DNA of 64,000 nt, from positions 131,192,001 to 131,256,000 of the forward strand of contig OZ024740.1 in NCBI GenBank assembly GCA_964016885.1, written 5' to 3'. Shown here piece by piece: positions 28,191 to 42,809 of this stretch. The translations under genes were made by a program, and so were the position numbers. Under the pieces are notes generated by a model, which did no database searches, had not been told where the DNA came from, and saw nothing but the letters and a program-made list of their open reading frames with translations. This DNA is from Eledone cirrhosa (taxonomy: Eukaryota). Every line of letters begins with the position of its first letter. Positions within the stretch are counted from its first letter, which is position 1.

Positions 28191-31100
28191 AGTATATACA
28201 TATATATATATATACATATATATATACATATCTATCTCTCTCTCTATATATATATGTGTGTGTGTCTGTGTGTGTATGTGTGTATATGGGGGGGGGTATA
28301 TGTGTGTTGATCAATGACAGAGAAAGTCAAAGTTGAGTGTTTATTTAGTTCATTATTTGAAGTTTGTATAAGAGAATTGAATGATCGTGATCAATCGATA
28401 GGAGTTATGTAACTCTATATTATTACTCTCGATATAGTTCTTCTGAACTCTAATGGACTAATCTTTCCATCTCCCTGTCTCAATCTATCTCGTTCCCTCT
28501 CTCTACTCGTTCTCTCTCTCTTACTAACTCACCCTCTCTCTCTCTATATATATATACATATGGGGAGGGGGGGTATGTATCTGTCTGTGTGTGTGTGGAA
28601 AGAGATTGTGCAGAACTGAATAAGGAAGAGGGATGTGTGACAAAAGACTGAGAATCTAAACAGAGTGTAAGATCATGAATCAATGGAATATATGAGTGTC
28701 AACGATTTAACCATGACTACTGCAGACACCTGAATAAATCCCCATTTCACGATGCAACATAAATTCTCTTTCTCTTTCTATCTTTCTCCCTTTCTCTATC
28801 TCCCTCCCCTCTTTCTCTCTCTGTCTTTTATTCATGTTCCAAGAACAAAGTGCACTCGTTTGCTAATACCACAAAATATTTGTACCTAACTTTGTTTATA
28901 TCCTTCGTCTCGGGTATATAGTTATCAGGAAGATATCTGAATACCCATGATACGTATAACAAACTGTATTTAATGACAAATGTTAGTAAAAACAGGTACA
29001 TGGAAATAATTGTAGACAGTAGTATAGCCTTAGTGTGGTTTATTTATAAGTATATGTCATCTGGTAGGTGACTTGTTCTATTCATGTGATGTACACCTGA
29101 AGCAATGTCTAAAGAAATTATTATTGTGCACTATTTCACACGACCAATGTGACGGCTCAATAATTTGATCCAGGGGAGAAACAGAAAACCAGAACATTTG
29201 AGAACAGTTAATCGTTTTCGCTACTTAATTGGCAACGATATTTATTGATCAATGTGCAATGGAAGACAAGGATATAAGTACTGGAACATATACTCAAATG
29301 CATTTTAGCGCTCGCACTAGCGACTCCACCAGTTCGTTACCATTTTATATTGCCAGAAGGCCAGCAAATCATCTAGAATATTTAGATGGATGACATTAAA
29401 ACCATTAAAACATAGCAATGAAAGCAGAAAGCGAGCTTGTTAGGATCTTTCGCCAGAATTTATAATGTAATGACTAAATACTATCGTATTCTATATGATT
29501 GCAACTATTCAAACATTGAAATATTTTACATGTTCGTTTTTAAAAATATTATAAATAATTTTAGAACAACGAGGATCTATCTAAACACATTTAACTAAGT
29601 GATATTTATTTAATGAAATAATGATTCCCATACGATTCGCTTCTATACGTAAAGTGATGACATATATGTTCATGCGAAATCATCTATCATATATATATAA
29701 ATCATAAAAAATAAAATATTGTAAGAAGATATGTCCATGTATTAATGTTTAACGCTAAACAAAAATTAAACAATACATACCAAATCTTTCTATTTCCATC
29801 TGAAAGCAATTGTGAAATTAATGGGGTCAACACAACACATATTATGTAGTTACTAAAACATGTATTCGTCATCACTATACTTTCTCCCGTTACGAATCAG
29901 GAGAATATACGTATCATTAAGCTGGATAAGTGCGATATACGATATTTCTGCTGATATCAATATCGACTTTGTCAACAAACAATGCTAAAGTACGTGTGAT
30001 GAGTGACAGTAATTATTATGGACGTTATAAATTATAAGATTATATAATCTAATTCAAATAAAGTGGCATATTAAGTAACTTGAGATCATCCTTTGAATAA
30101 CGTTAAGTTTATCTGTTAATACAAGTTCCTCTTTGTAAAATGCGTGTACATTATAAATATTGGAAACATTTGAAATTTGAGAATGTCTTAAACAGAATGC
30201 GGAAAATGACAGGTAATATTTGATAAGTATAAAAATAGTTGATTACGTTTTTGTGAATTACCTATCGAGGTGCATATATGTATAAAGAGATACCAACAGA
30301 ATTCAAAATATGCAGTTTGCATGCGAGTACCCATAAGCGTATATGTCGAATGTTTTCAATTCCTGGTCTATTTTACTCCATGTATTAAATATTAATCATA
30401 GTGATTCGCATTGAGGCAACATATATTCATATTTCAAATGTGTTCTAACGGAACAGTGGTACATCTACGTTGATGTTCAACACATTCAAAATAAAAACAC
30501 TCAAAATGCTTCTTTTACCAAAAAGGAGATAAATACTTCACTAGGCCTAAACAATAACAAAGAGAACATCAGATATGTCGGGTATTGTTAATACAACGTA
30601 AAAACTGTAACGAATATTAAAATATTTAGACTGTTTTGGCTGAATCAGTGAATGTGGTATTAGAAACCGATTTTGAGACAAAAGTCTCTGTAATTACCCT
30701 TTAGACAATGACTTATGTCAATGCATTATGTAAAACTACTTATTATTGATTGCACGAATTTTCTATATTTTTGAGATTTCAAATTCCTGTTATTTAAAAC
30801 GTCATTTGTCAGGCATTTCTGGTGCAATCTGACATATTGGCTTTAATTGCGTCTTCTAAACACTGTTATTACCATATCGTCTTTTATTCTTCTGCTTATA
30901 AATTTGTCCTTTTTCTGGCTATGGTTAAACCATATATCTGACGCTTTCATTCTGATAAAAAAGAATAACAATAATTATCTTCAAGTTCCGTTTTTGCAAG
31001 AAAAACCAAAAGCGAATTAACAAATAGTATAATAAGAAAAGAAAGAAATCTGAAAAATAACGTTATGTGTCTCTCGCTGTTGTTTCTTTGTAGGTGTAAA

Positions 31101-31825
31101 TGAGTCACGACCTTTTTTATCTTCAATTTCTATAAGCTAACTCAAACCTTTGTTAGCTATAAGATCTCACACAAATATCATGTGTAAACGAGTGTTATTG
31201 AAAGAGGTATCCAGTCATGGCGAACTGTTTTCATTGTAGTTGGTATTGACCTATAGAAAAAATCGTTACATGTCAGTAGCAAGTGTGAAAAATATAAAAT
31301 AACAGCAGCAGCAGTATCAAAAACAAAAATAATAATAATTTTATTCTATATAAATATGTGGCGTAACTCTTATATTTTTTTAGCTTCTCTTTTAGAACGC
31401 TGTCATGTTTTAGTTAGTTATCATTGTCGATATTTCCCCAGAATATGCCACGTGCTACTACATATGAAACGAACAACATTACAGTTCGTGTCTAAATTCA
31501 CCATGATTGTGAGCGTGCAAAACAAATGAAGAAACAAAGAGAAACATTTACAAGAGTAAAAAGAAACATTAAAAAAGACGAAATAAAATGTGAGATATAG
31601 AGAGATTGAAAGAATGAGATAGAAAGAGAACCAGGATGAAAGGTAGGGAGAGTGGGAAATGAAACGATATGGTAAGTGAACGAATGTATGAGAAAAAGTT
31701 AAAACTTAATATTATACACAAACACACACACATACACACACATACCCCCCCCCCCCCCACATATATATATATTATATATATATATAAGGAGAAACGATGA
31801 AATCGAAAATGCAAAAGGAGTCACA

Positions 31826-32072
31826 AACCCTCCATCTCAATTCTACTTTTCAAAATCACAAGAACTGCGTAACCGGTAAAGGAAACAAATAAATATATAT
31901 ATAACAAAAAAGGACTCCAGTTGCATTTTCGATTTCATCCTTTTTCCTTATACTTGCACTCGCGTGGGACATCTCGTTTTGTTTTTCATTTTGTAAAATA
32001 AATCTCACTTTCTAATATTAACTGGTGCGTGTGTTTATTATTGGCAACATGACCCTCCCAAAGCATAACAAT
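31826..32072 (+). mobile_element. Solo 3' end of PLE family A, with tail
   Basis: 31826-32014 matches 3481-3668 and continues to ATGACCCTCCCAAAGCATAACAA followed by (TA)n. Confidence 0.85.
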
Positions 32073-32089
32073 ATATATATATATATATA

Positions 32090-34556
32090 TATAAATAAAA
32101 TAAAATAACAGGAGGCTGGACTGCTGTAAATCCTTGAAAGGTTTATTATACTATGATCATTTCAATGACCGGCTTCCATATGAATCCGGTGATATCATGA
32201 GTTATTGGAATATAACAAAGGAATATGTAAAAAAACCATGTGTCTGAAAAATCAGAGGCAGAGACAAAGAGGACGACTGACCAACTAGCTACCTTTATCT
32301 CGGCCAGTCGCCTTCAAAGTGATGGCAACTGAATCTACTAATGGACATCTGGTGAGGGGGCGAAGGCTTATAATGCACTGCCACCTCTCCGTCAAAGAAA
32401 AAGGGGAAGAAAGAAAGGGAGAAAGAAATCAGCGTAAGGGTCACACTACATACATGCTAGAAAATGCCGCGAAAAATGCTACTCCAACGAATCTATAATG
32501 TGTGTCTGTATGGTCTAATGTGTGAACCGAAGATTGGAACGTTAAACTTATGTTGCGAGTTATAGGATGAAATTAAATAAAATAAAAAATATTAAATTGC
32601 AAAATGATAAATTGAAAAATAATTTATTAGAAAATTAAAGGTTAAGGTAGCGAGATTTATTTAATGAACTTACGGAGAGAGCCTTATATGAAAAAAAGTA
32701 TCTCGATAAGATATTAGGATGGGATATAGAGTAAATATTTCGATTGCGAGTCAAACAACCATGAGTCGGCCAGCCTCGAGTGATATCGCCCAGCGAAAGA
32801 AATGGAAATTAATTTTTCCGAGTACTCTAGGAACATATATACCTTAGGCCACGGGAGCGCCAGCGGGAACTCCACAATTTCGACAGGCCATCGTCTATAC
32901 CAAACGAATATTATTAAATCACACATGAGGGGTTTATTTAAGTAAAAGTATAATATGGCGGCCAAAACAGGCGGGGCGGTAGGACCGGGGCAAAGCAACC
33001 CGCTCCGAGTAATTTCGTTTACCGAAAGAGGAGAAATTAATTTTTCCGATCACTCAAGGATGGCTGAACTTTCCGAGTGCCCAGCGCGCAGCCGGGAAAA
33101 GCCACCACACAAGTCGAAGGTAGCAACCCAATGAAAAGTGCAAATAGACCAGTATTTTATCATTGTATCCTGCTTTTATTATTTTTTGTAACTTTCCTTA
33201 CTCAGGTCATTATGCACCTTCATAGTCCCCTACACACCTCAGAACCACACTACTTATAACCCCGACTAACTGGGACTTTAAATAATTTTGGCGTATTTGC
33301 ACTTTTCATTGGATTGCTACCTTCGACTTGTGTGGTGGCTTTTCCCGGCTGCGCGCTGGGCACTTGGAAAGTTCAGCCTTCCTTGAGTGGTCGGAAAAAT
33401 AAATTTCTCCTCTTTCGGTAAACGAAATTACTCGAAGCGGGTTGCTTTGCCCGGGACCCACCACGCCGCCTGTTTTGGCCGCCACATTATATTTTTACCT
33501 ATAAACTCCCGGTTTAGGCATAACATTAGCTGTACCATGCGTTTACTGACACGTAAATAAATCCATCATGTGTGATTTAATAATATTCGTTTGGTATAGA
33601 CGATGGCCTCTCAAATTGTGGAGTTCCCGCTGGCGCTCCCGCAGCCTAAGGTATCTATGTTCCTAGAGTACTCGGAAAAATTAATTTCCATTTCTTTCGC
33701 TGGACGATACCACTCGAGACTGGCTGACTCATGGTGGTTTGGTGCTGGCTGGGACTCGCAATCGAAATATTTACTCTATATCCCATCCTAATATCTTATC
33801 GAGTTAAATTTTTTCATATAAGATTCTCTCCGTAAGTTCATTAAATTAATCTCGCTACCTTAATCTTTAATTTTCTAATAACTTAGTTTTCAATTTATCA
33901 TTTTGCAATTTAATATTTTTAATTTAACTTCATCCTATAACTCGCAACATAAGTTTAACGTTCCAATCTTCGGTTCACACATTTGACCATACAGACACCC
34001 ATTATAGATTCGTTGGAGTAGCATTTTTTCGCGGCATTTTCTAGCATGAATGTATTGTGACACTTACGCTGACTTCTTTCTCCCTTTCTTTCTTTCTTCC
34101 CCTTTTTCTTTGACGGAAGGATGGTAGTGCATTATAAGCCTTCGGCCTCTCACCAGATGTTCATTAGTAGATTCAGTTGCCACCACTTTGCGGGCGACTG
34201 GCCGAGATAAAGGTAGCTAGTTGGTCAGTCGTCCTCTTTGTCTCTGTCTCTGATTTTTCGGACCCATGGTTTTTTACATATTCCTTTGTTATATTCCAAT
34301 GATGATATCTCCGTAATCATATGGAACCCGGTCATTGAAATGATCATAGTATAATAAACCTCTCAAGGATTTACACCAGTCGAGCCTCCTGTTATTTTAT
34401 TTTATTTATAATTAACTCCATATTCGCACCACCAATTACACAAACGAAGATGGGTGAAATGCACTCCGTTGAGTACTATTCACAATATTACACCAGGATT
34501 GACCATACGGAATGACCAGTTGTATCCAATGGTGAACCAACAAACCTAAGGAGGTA
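32090..34556. mobile_element. 2.3-kb palindrome: inverted pair of PLE 3'UTR/pseudo-LTRs (family F) plus ~145-nt tail
   Basis: 32090-33146 is inverted against 33294-34410. An HHR-like ATGATGA..GAAA-TGATCA-TA-GTAT-AATAAA lies at 34299-34358. (TA)n flanks both sides. Confidence 0.8.
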
Positions 34557-34624
34557 TATATATATATTTCGTTTCTGAATTTGTTTAGCAAGATTATTTA
34601 TCTGAAAACGTGCGTTGAAACCGA

Positions 34625-35215
34625 TATTGTTATACTTTGGGAGGGTCATGTTGCCAATAAGAAACACACGCACCATTGCTTTCACTTCAATTTATCATAA
34701 TACATTCATAAATTTAGGAATTTATAAATTTCCGGTTGGTTGGTTGGTTCCACAACCAGATGATTGTTTATATATTGTCAAAGATATTTCGTCACACATT
34801 ATGTGACCTCTTCATTGAATCATCTGTACTCTACCAACATGCTAAAATAGAACATAAGGGTAAATTAGAGAACATAGAAATAAAAATAGAATCTACACAC
34901 AGAAAAGACGCAATGTTTAGACAAATCACAGAGGCAATAAACATAAATGAACTCCAACCAAAATTAAATAGAAAACATGAATGGAACAGCAACATCCCAA
35001 CTTACAATTAAGGACAAATTGAAAGCACACACGCACATAGAACAAACAACCAACCAGTAACATGTACATAAACAAATAAATAAACAAATAAAAACACACA
35101 CAGACAACCGGATGTAACAGATGCGCAAACTAATCACACAACACACACAAAAACAAGATGGCGTAGGACAGAACAAAGGAGAGGCACAAAAACAAAGAAT
35201 AGAATCCTCAGTCAT
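34625..35215. mobile_element. Fragments of PLE families A/B (inverted terminus + GIY-YIG C-terminus on +)
   Basis: 34625-34675 is the reverse complement of 32023-32073. SVLYQHAKIEH..RQITEAININELQPKLNRKHEWN lies at ~34820-35010, followed by a family-B-like 3'UTR. Confidence 0.8.
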
Positions 35216-37338
35216 TGGAAAGTGTTGTGCAATTTATGTTTACAAGTCGAAACTGTCTTAGATTTTTTATTTAAGATGAGGTCTTTGGCGTAGAATATTT
35301 CCAGGGCCTCAGCAGCACAGAGGTCGCATGGTCTTTTATTTCCGTTATACGATCTAGCCCAAGCCAGGATCTCCTAGTATAACTTATATTGGGTGTGGTT
35401 GTCTTTTAGACTCCAGATATAAGCTGAAAGTGAGTCATATTCCTGCTTAAAGGGTTAAGAAAAGAATGGGTATGCATGTAAAGACGCTGCTGGAATCTAT
35501 TGGCGGTTAACTCTATGTACGCCCTACGGGACGTGGGTGTTTCCACCTTATATTTGTAGACAATGTTACTAGAGAGGCATTTCCAGGATAGGGGGCAGTC
35601 AACTCGATTCCTACAATTATAGTTGATACTAGCTACAGGGTTGCACGTGTTCTAACGGCTAGGTAATTTAGCTAAATTTGAAGCTGTGATGTTATGTGTC
35701 AAGTTCGGAATCGTAGAGTAAGAAATTTTAATGGTATTTCTATTAACACTTTTACTATATTTATGTGCTGGGGGGAAATGCTTCATAATAAGGGAGAGAA
35801 AGATCTTAGCTAATGGTGTGGCCGCCTCCATATTATATTGTGGGTTATACCAGATAATGCGTCGGCAATTTTTTTTTCATAGGTCTATTCACGTACTCTG
35901 TATATGCTACCTTATCGACAAATCCAGGATCGTTAGAATTATTACTTATGTAATTAAGCGATCATTTGGTTTTCTATACGGGTAGTGCAAGCCATTAGAC
36001 AGGGTAACGTCGAGGTAATTAACGACCGAGAGGTTAGCCTCAACCAGTATGCTGAGTTTGAAGCCTTTAAAGATGGCTGTCAAATATTTTCTGAACCTGT
36101 CGCAAGCATGTGGGCCGCACTTTGTCATTATCAAAAGACTATCATCACGGTACCAACCACCGCCCACGTTGGAGAATTCTTCCTTGATAGAGAAAAGAAG
36201 AAAATGCCGATAAGATCAGTAACCTCTGCAGAATGGCTGGCGCCCATACTCACGTCGAATAAGGTACTATTAGATTTATTTTATTCAAATTGAGTCATAG
36301 AAATGTATCACTGACTTACGGGCATTGAGGATGATATCAACTTCGAAATCCTTAACCACTGTGAGTGTTTTAGCGAAATTGATAGCACTAAGGAGAACTG
36401 GAAAAGTGATGGAGGAGTAGTAATTATTGATGTCAAATTGGATAAAACGGCAATTTTCCTTGTTACATATGCCGTTGAACCAATCAATCACCGCGAAATA
36501 ATTGTTCCACAGGTATAATTCTATCTAAAATCCTCTTACTAAATCGACCTAAATCGGATTTCGTAGAGTTAATAAGCCGAATAGAGGGGTTGTTCCGAAA
36601 ATTGGATTTGTGATCCTTCAGGGTAAAGTGGGGAGAAATAGCGTCCAGAGGTTCAGTCCGGTAGAGGATGTTGAGAGCAGAGGTGATTTTAAACCAGCAT
36701 CGTTGATTTCATTCTTGACGCTCCGATTAATTTTACGGTAATCCTTAGTTACAGCATGATGTAGCAGTTGATGGTAAGTACTGCGCTCCACTTGATATAC
36801 ATTGCCAGTTTTGTGGGAGTGGACGTGCCTGGCATTAGAATCCTTAATATAACGAATTCTATTCTTCAGGTCCTGCTGGAAGGAATTGCTCCTATTCCGA
36901 AATTTGATACTCCGTATGAGTTCCAAGACATCATTTTCGAAGGGTAGCAATGTTAGGTTACTCGGAGGGTTATTATAGGTTTTAAACACAAATGTATCCT
37001 CTTTGTTGTCTGCTTTTCCCTGATTATCGAAATAAAAGACACTCCAAAGCAACCTTTTAATGAACGCGTCTGTTTTCTGAATCTGGAGTTTTAGCAAATT
37101 TATTCCTGCTTGGTGCGGGTATGTTCTTTGCAGAAATATTCAGATGTTGTTTCTGCATGATGACTATAAGTCAAAAGAGTGCTCAACCGAGGGAGCCAAA
37201 TAGTAATAATAATAAATTTGTTTGAACACTAAAATACAAAGAGGGTTTGATAAGGATAAATATATATAAAATATATAAGAACCGTAGTGCAAATATTTAT
37301 TAGAATAACAGATTAAAGTTTAAGCAAAGAATCGGTGC

Positions 37339-37340
<2 letters not shown>
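35216..37340 (-). mobile_element. Near full-length PLE, family G, with direct 5' pseudo-LTR; internally deleted and 3'-truncated
   Basis: ATG at 37158 gives MQKQHLNISAKNIPAP..KTDAFIKRLLW..FYF, then FIQFDINNYYSSI, GGWYRDD, NYLDVTL and GIY-YIG. Homologous to 44150-45535. 37201-37340 matches the pseudo-LTR at 61131-61264. Confidence 0.92.
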
Positions 37341-37616
<276 letters not shown>

Positions 37617-37904
37617 TGAGTTTGGCTTTTTGTGTGCTCGTATGTGTGTATATTTGGAGAATTAGAGAGACAAATAGAGTGATATATAGATAGATGTATC
37701 GATGGATACTTAGATTGATAAGGATATAGAGAGATTTAGATAGGGAGAGAGAGCGTGAGAGAGAGAAAGAGAGGGGGAGATTGTTATTAGTGGGTATATT
37801 AGGAAGAAAGTAGAAACGGATGGCGCAGCGAGGGAAAACCAAACTGACTTTTCTGACAACAGGTGCTGTCCTTCTGATAATTATGAAACATGTGGAAAAA
37901 CGTA

Positions 37905-38095
37905 ATTAATTGTTTCTACTTTTGGCACAAGGCCAGCAATTACCCAGTACATTACTGGTACTTTATTGTATCAACCCCGTAAGGATTAAAGGCAAAGTTA
38001 ACCTCGGCTGGATATGAACTGAGATTTTAAAGAGCCATAACTCTTTGTTGCAAATCATGGCGTCCGACCTTTTACTGATACTGCCAAACCACGCC
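37905..38095 (-). mobile_element. tRNA-derived SINE (cephalopod-type)
   Basis: Reverse complement of the family at 42134-42325 and 51013-51592. Confidence 0.8.
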
Positions 38096-38574
38096 CTAAG
38101 AGACATAATTAATAACTAAATGTTACGTTAGTTAACTGTTATTTGAAACACTACCACTTTGCGTACACAAATCTAACCATATATATGTATATGTGTTTAA
38201 ATGTTTAAATGTATGCATATGAATTGCATGACATGTTGCATATTTGCATTCTGACAGCAACGACACCTATAACTAACGATGTTAGCTGAAAGTTGCCATA
38301 CAATGTTTCTGCAGTATCCTTCTTGACACCAAGAGATGTTTCCTCTTTATTTTACCCGTTTATAAAAAGCCAAAATGACTTGTAAACAGAATGATATCTC
38401 CAGCTAACGCATCGAGGGTAGCGACATATATGGAATTCTAGAGAACGGCTACACTACTTCTCTCAAGAAACACCGAAATGCCAAAGCAGCAACAGTTAAT
38501 AAACAAGGAGGACACATACCCCTAGAAGTAACACATGTTACCTAAAGCTGCCACTATTCTATGACAAGATGACT

Positions 38575-39440
38575 GCTGTCATTAGGCATGTCATGTGTAG
38601 GATGCGCCTGAATATACAACTGGCGTACATAGGAACATTATACAAAGAACGAGTCAACATCATATGAAATAATGACAATAGAAACAATATAGAATAATCA
38701 CATCATAATAACCGTTTTTAGAGAAACACTAATATTTCAGGAACAATAGATGGTCTTCAATCACAAGAAATCTAAAATAATCAATATTTCAAAAAGGCAT
38801 AAACGCACATACAAACAGATATAGGTAGTACAGGATTAAATCACCACAACTCCTAAAATAAAACAAAAAAAAAAGTATCAGAAATTAAAGATATTTCGTG
38901 CATCTGAAGAAGACCAAGATTAACGGGACAATACTTTGAAGAAAAAGCCTACCGCCAAAAGTCAATATCAGTATTGAAGACAACAGTTGCATCAACATAT
39001 ACCTAACAATAACAGAATTGAACAAATATCAAGTCAGATATATGTCAAAACCACTTATTCTCGATAATATCACTTCCTTATATCTTCTCATTCAACCCAT
39101 TTCCGTAACAATATTCCACTTATCTTCGGGAATTGAATCTTTACAATAGTGTAAAACTCGACAAAAAGAGAGCACATAATGAAACAGTAGAAAAAAAAAC
39201 ATTCAATAGATAATTACCTTAGAAGGCAAGTTAAATCCGTGTACATGTCCTTCAAGAAAGAAAAAAAAAAAAAAAAAAATGTCATATGTATTTCAACTGT
39301 TAAGCCAAAGAAAACAGAAGTTACCGACAGAGGAATGCAAAGGGCGCACTTTACCAAATGCTAATGCCATCACATTCTAACAATTTTCATTAAAATGAAT
39401 GGAAAAGCGCATTGGCAAAGAAAATGTCTTTAAGCGAAAC
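38575..39440 (+). mobile_element. Heavily decayed remnant resembling an N-terminal-EN (Naiad-like) PLE
   Basis: Fragments across frames occur in this order: SCVGC..YTG..R..QH (GIY-YIG-like), PNNNRIEQI, HFRNNIPLI, NPCTCPS (CxC), ENR..AKGALY. Confidence 0.3.
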
Positions 39441-39595
39441 CGGTTAAGTACAAATATATAACAAATTATTTTGTTTATCATCTAGTTGAGTACTCTACAA
39501 AAGAAATGTATAGAAAATAAAATATTTCTCATTCTCTCTCTGTCTCTATATGTCTGTCTGTCTCTCTCTCTTTCTCTCTCTCTCTTTCTCTCTTT

Positions 39596-39637
<42 letters not shown>

Positions 39638-42133
39638 TTCAAGTTTACTGGTTCACCACAGGATACACACAAACACACAAACACACACACAAACACACCC
39701 ATACACATATATATATATAAAATTGAATAAGTGGAGAATAAGATGGTCAACAGTACAAAAAAGGACTTTTATTTACAGTCTAACAATTGTTTCATTGATA
39801 GAGTTGTCTAAATATTGCTAAACACTGAAAGTAGTGGGGTGACACAAATGAAGTAATAGATTGGTTTAATACATTAGACAATAGAGAATCTTCCGACTTT
39901 ATACAATTTGACATATATGACTACTACTCTTCTATTTCCCCAGTCACCCTTAATAAGGCACTACTCTTTGCACAAAAACACTCTGATCTTTCACCAGATG
40001 AAATTAAAATAATACCAGCCGCTAGAAGAACAATCATTAAATTCGACAATAGCTTCTGGGAGCGTAAAGATAGACAGAATAACTTCGATATAACTATGGG
40101 ATCAAATGACTCAGCCCAAATCACAGACTTCTTTGGAATTTATATAGCACAGTTCTTACGTAGATAATTTGATAACCTACAAGGAGGAATCTATAGAGAC
40201 GATACACTACTTTTAGCTAGAAACTTAAATAATCAAAACTTAGAAAGATTAAGGAAAATGATTAAAACATTCTTTAATGATATAGGCCTTAGCATTACTT
40301 TTGAACCCAACTCTAAAAGAGTCAGCTTCTTGGATGTATCGTTCAACCTTAACTCAGGACTAATAGAACCATTCCATAAGAATAATGAAAATTGATTATA
40401 ACTCTAACCACCCTAGATCCATAATTAACTCCATAGCACATATTGTATGCCTTAGAATCTCGCGCCTATCTTCGAATGGAAATTTGTAACGAACACGCTA
40501 ACTAATACAACATAGGTTTACTTAAGGCAGGCCATAAAGAACGACTCAAATACATACCAGATACAAAAGATAGCAATACACTTAATATTAATAATAATAT
40601 CCACACCTATAGAAACAACAAACCTAGGACTAAACATAGAAAGTGGCAGCAAACACGTAATTTAAATGAGCAGATGCTAATATAAAAACCTCTTATAACG
40701 ATAGAAGATTCAGAAATAGAAACAACTTGTGGTTTAATCCAATGATTAACTCCTCTATAAAAATTAAGCTACCTTTCACTTTCTTCAAAATAGTTGACAA
40801 ACACTTCCCTAAAATTCATAAATATCATAAAATCTTTAATAGAAAAAACTATTAAACTATCATACTCCAGTGCCAACAACATAGAATCGGACATTCATAT
40901 AATCAACTATAAAAGAATTTTTAATTCAAGTAGCCCGCAAATAAGTACCATAACACTAAATACAGAACATAAGCATATTACATCATCGCAACCAAACACA
41001 CGCCAGAGCACACCTCCACAATACATCAACAAACCCGATTCACAGCCCATATATAACAATCTTCAAAACCATATATTAGAACCGGCACATAGAAAAGCAT
41101 CTAAATGTAACTGCCACCTACCTTTACAAAACAGATGCGTAGTACGAATATAGTATACCTATGTACTATACATTCCGGTAGCTTGGCATGGTATTACATT
41201 GTTTCCACATATGGTGAATTTAAGAAAAGGTGGTACGTACACAGACATTCTATATTTAACAAAGATCTCTCGAATACAACAACTGTCGCCAATAAAATCT
41301 GGCAACTCAAGAATGCAAACATAGAATATGAGATCAGCTGGTCAAAATTGTCCAAAGCAAGGGCCTATACATTTGGTATGTCCCACTGTAATCTCTGTAA
41401 TATGGAACTTTACCAAATTCTAAATGTCTGCAAAATTCTTCTGAACAGTAGAATTGAACGAATTAATTTTTGTCGGAATAAATCAGCAACGAAATTCGAG
41501 AACTTTAGACCAACTTAATTCCATCTTATCTTTTCCATAACCCTGATTGTACCATTTGGATCTACTACAATATCACATTATCAGCAGCACCTTCACCATT
41601 ATAATTACCAAAGAATAGCATCATAACCTCTTTATTTACATGTTTATTTTTTATATATCTCTATCTTTCACTTTTTATATTTGCATTTCTCTACCTAAAC
41701 TTATTTCATCTCGGTCATTTTATCTTATCATATAATATATCTTGAACTAGTTAATTTACTAGTTAATTTACTTAAAATAACCAACACACCCATAAATATG
41801 TTCAACATTATCACATTTTCAACTTAATATATTTAACAATTATCAAAATCTATTGTCAATAATCTTAATATTTTAAAATAGTCTCCGTACTTTTTTACAC
41901 ATTTATTTATTTATTTTCATCTACACTTTTCACGTATTATACCATTTTTTATATTACTTTAGATATAATATATTTATTTATTTATTTCTCTATTTATTTA
42001 TTTATTTATTTATTTATTTATATACTTATTTATTTATCTATCAATTTTTTATATACATTTTTATATATTTGTTTATATATTTTTCATTCATTTACTCATA
42101 TATTTCAATGCATCTATCATAATTTTTACTTAC

Positions 42134-42325
42134 AGTGGCGGTGTACTGGCAGTATCGGTAGAGGGTCGGACGCATGCTTTGACGCATAGAGTTACGGCCT
42201 TTCTCATGCTGTGTCCAAATCCCGCCGAGATTAACTTTGCCTTTCATCCTTACGGGGTCGATCAAATAAAGTACCAGTACTGCACTGAGAAATTTCTGGC
42301 TATGTGCCAAAAGTAGAAACAATTA
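42134..42325 (+). mobile_element. tRNA-derived SINE nested in PLE 3'UTR
   Basis: A-box-like TGGCAGTATCGG, B-box-like GTCCAAATCCC, core TTAACTTTGCCTTTCATCCTTACGGGGTCGAT and 3' end GTAGAAACAATT. Confidence 0.85.
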
Positions 42326-42809
42326 TGTTTACTAACATTTATTCTCATATTAACCTTTATTAATCTATTTGCCTCTCTACCTTCTTCTCTCCATCTTATT
42401 TCTACTTATGTTTATCTATCACATTCGTCGGTTCGTCCGTCTTCATTTTTCTTTCTATCCTACAACATCTCTACTTGTGTTTATTTAGCTGTAATAATTG
42501 TCTCCTCTTCTTCTTCCTTCTCTATCTCTCTTTCTCTTTTTCGTTCTTCACCTTTCTCTATCTTTTTCTCTTTTTCCTTCTTCGTCTTTCTTCTTCTGTT
42601 CCTTTCTATATTTACTTCATCTATGCCCCTTCCTTTTTTTCTCTCTATATCTTTATTTTTAATATTATTATTGATGTGTTAATTTGAATCTGTAAATTTA
42701 CCGGTTACGCATATATTTTTATATTTTCTCTTTCGTCTTTCTTCTTCCCTTCCTTTCTATCTTTAATTTATACGCATATATTTATACGCATGTGTTTATA
42801 TTTTGTCTC

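Noticed and set aside
28700-31500. Long non-repetitive AT-rich stretch examined for exons
   Set aside because: No ORF, motif or convincing splice pattern was seen by eye; short exons cannot be excluded.
32714-33791. Paired ORFs 32714-32998 (-) and 33603-33791 (+) with near-identical peptides
   Set aside because: The similarity is a by-product of the palindrome; there is no recognisable domain and the starts differ.
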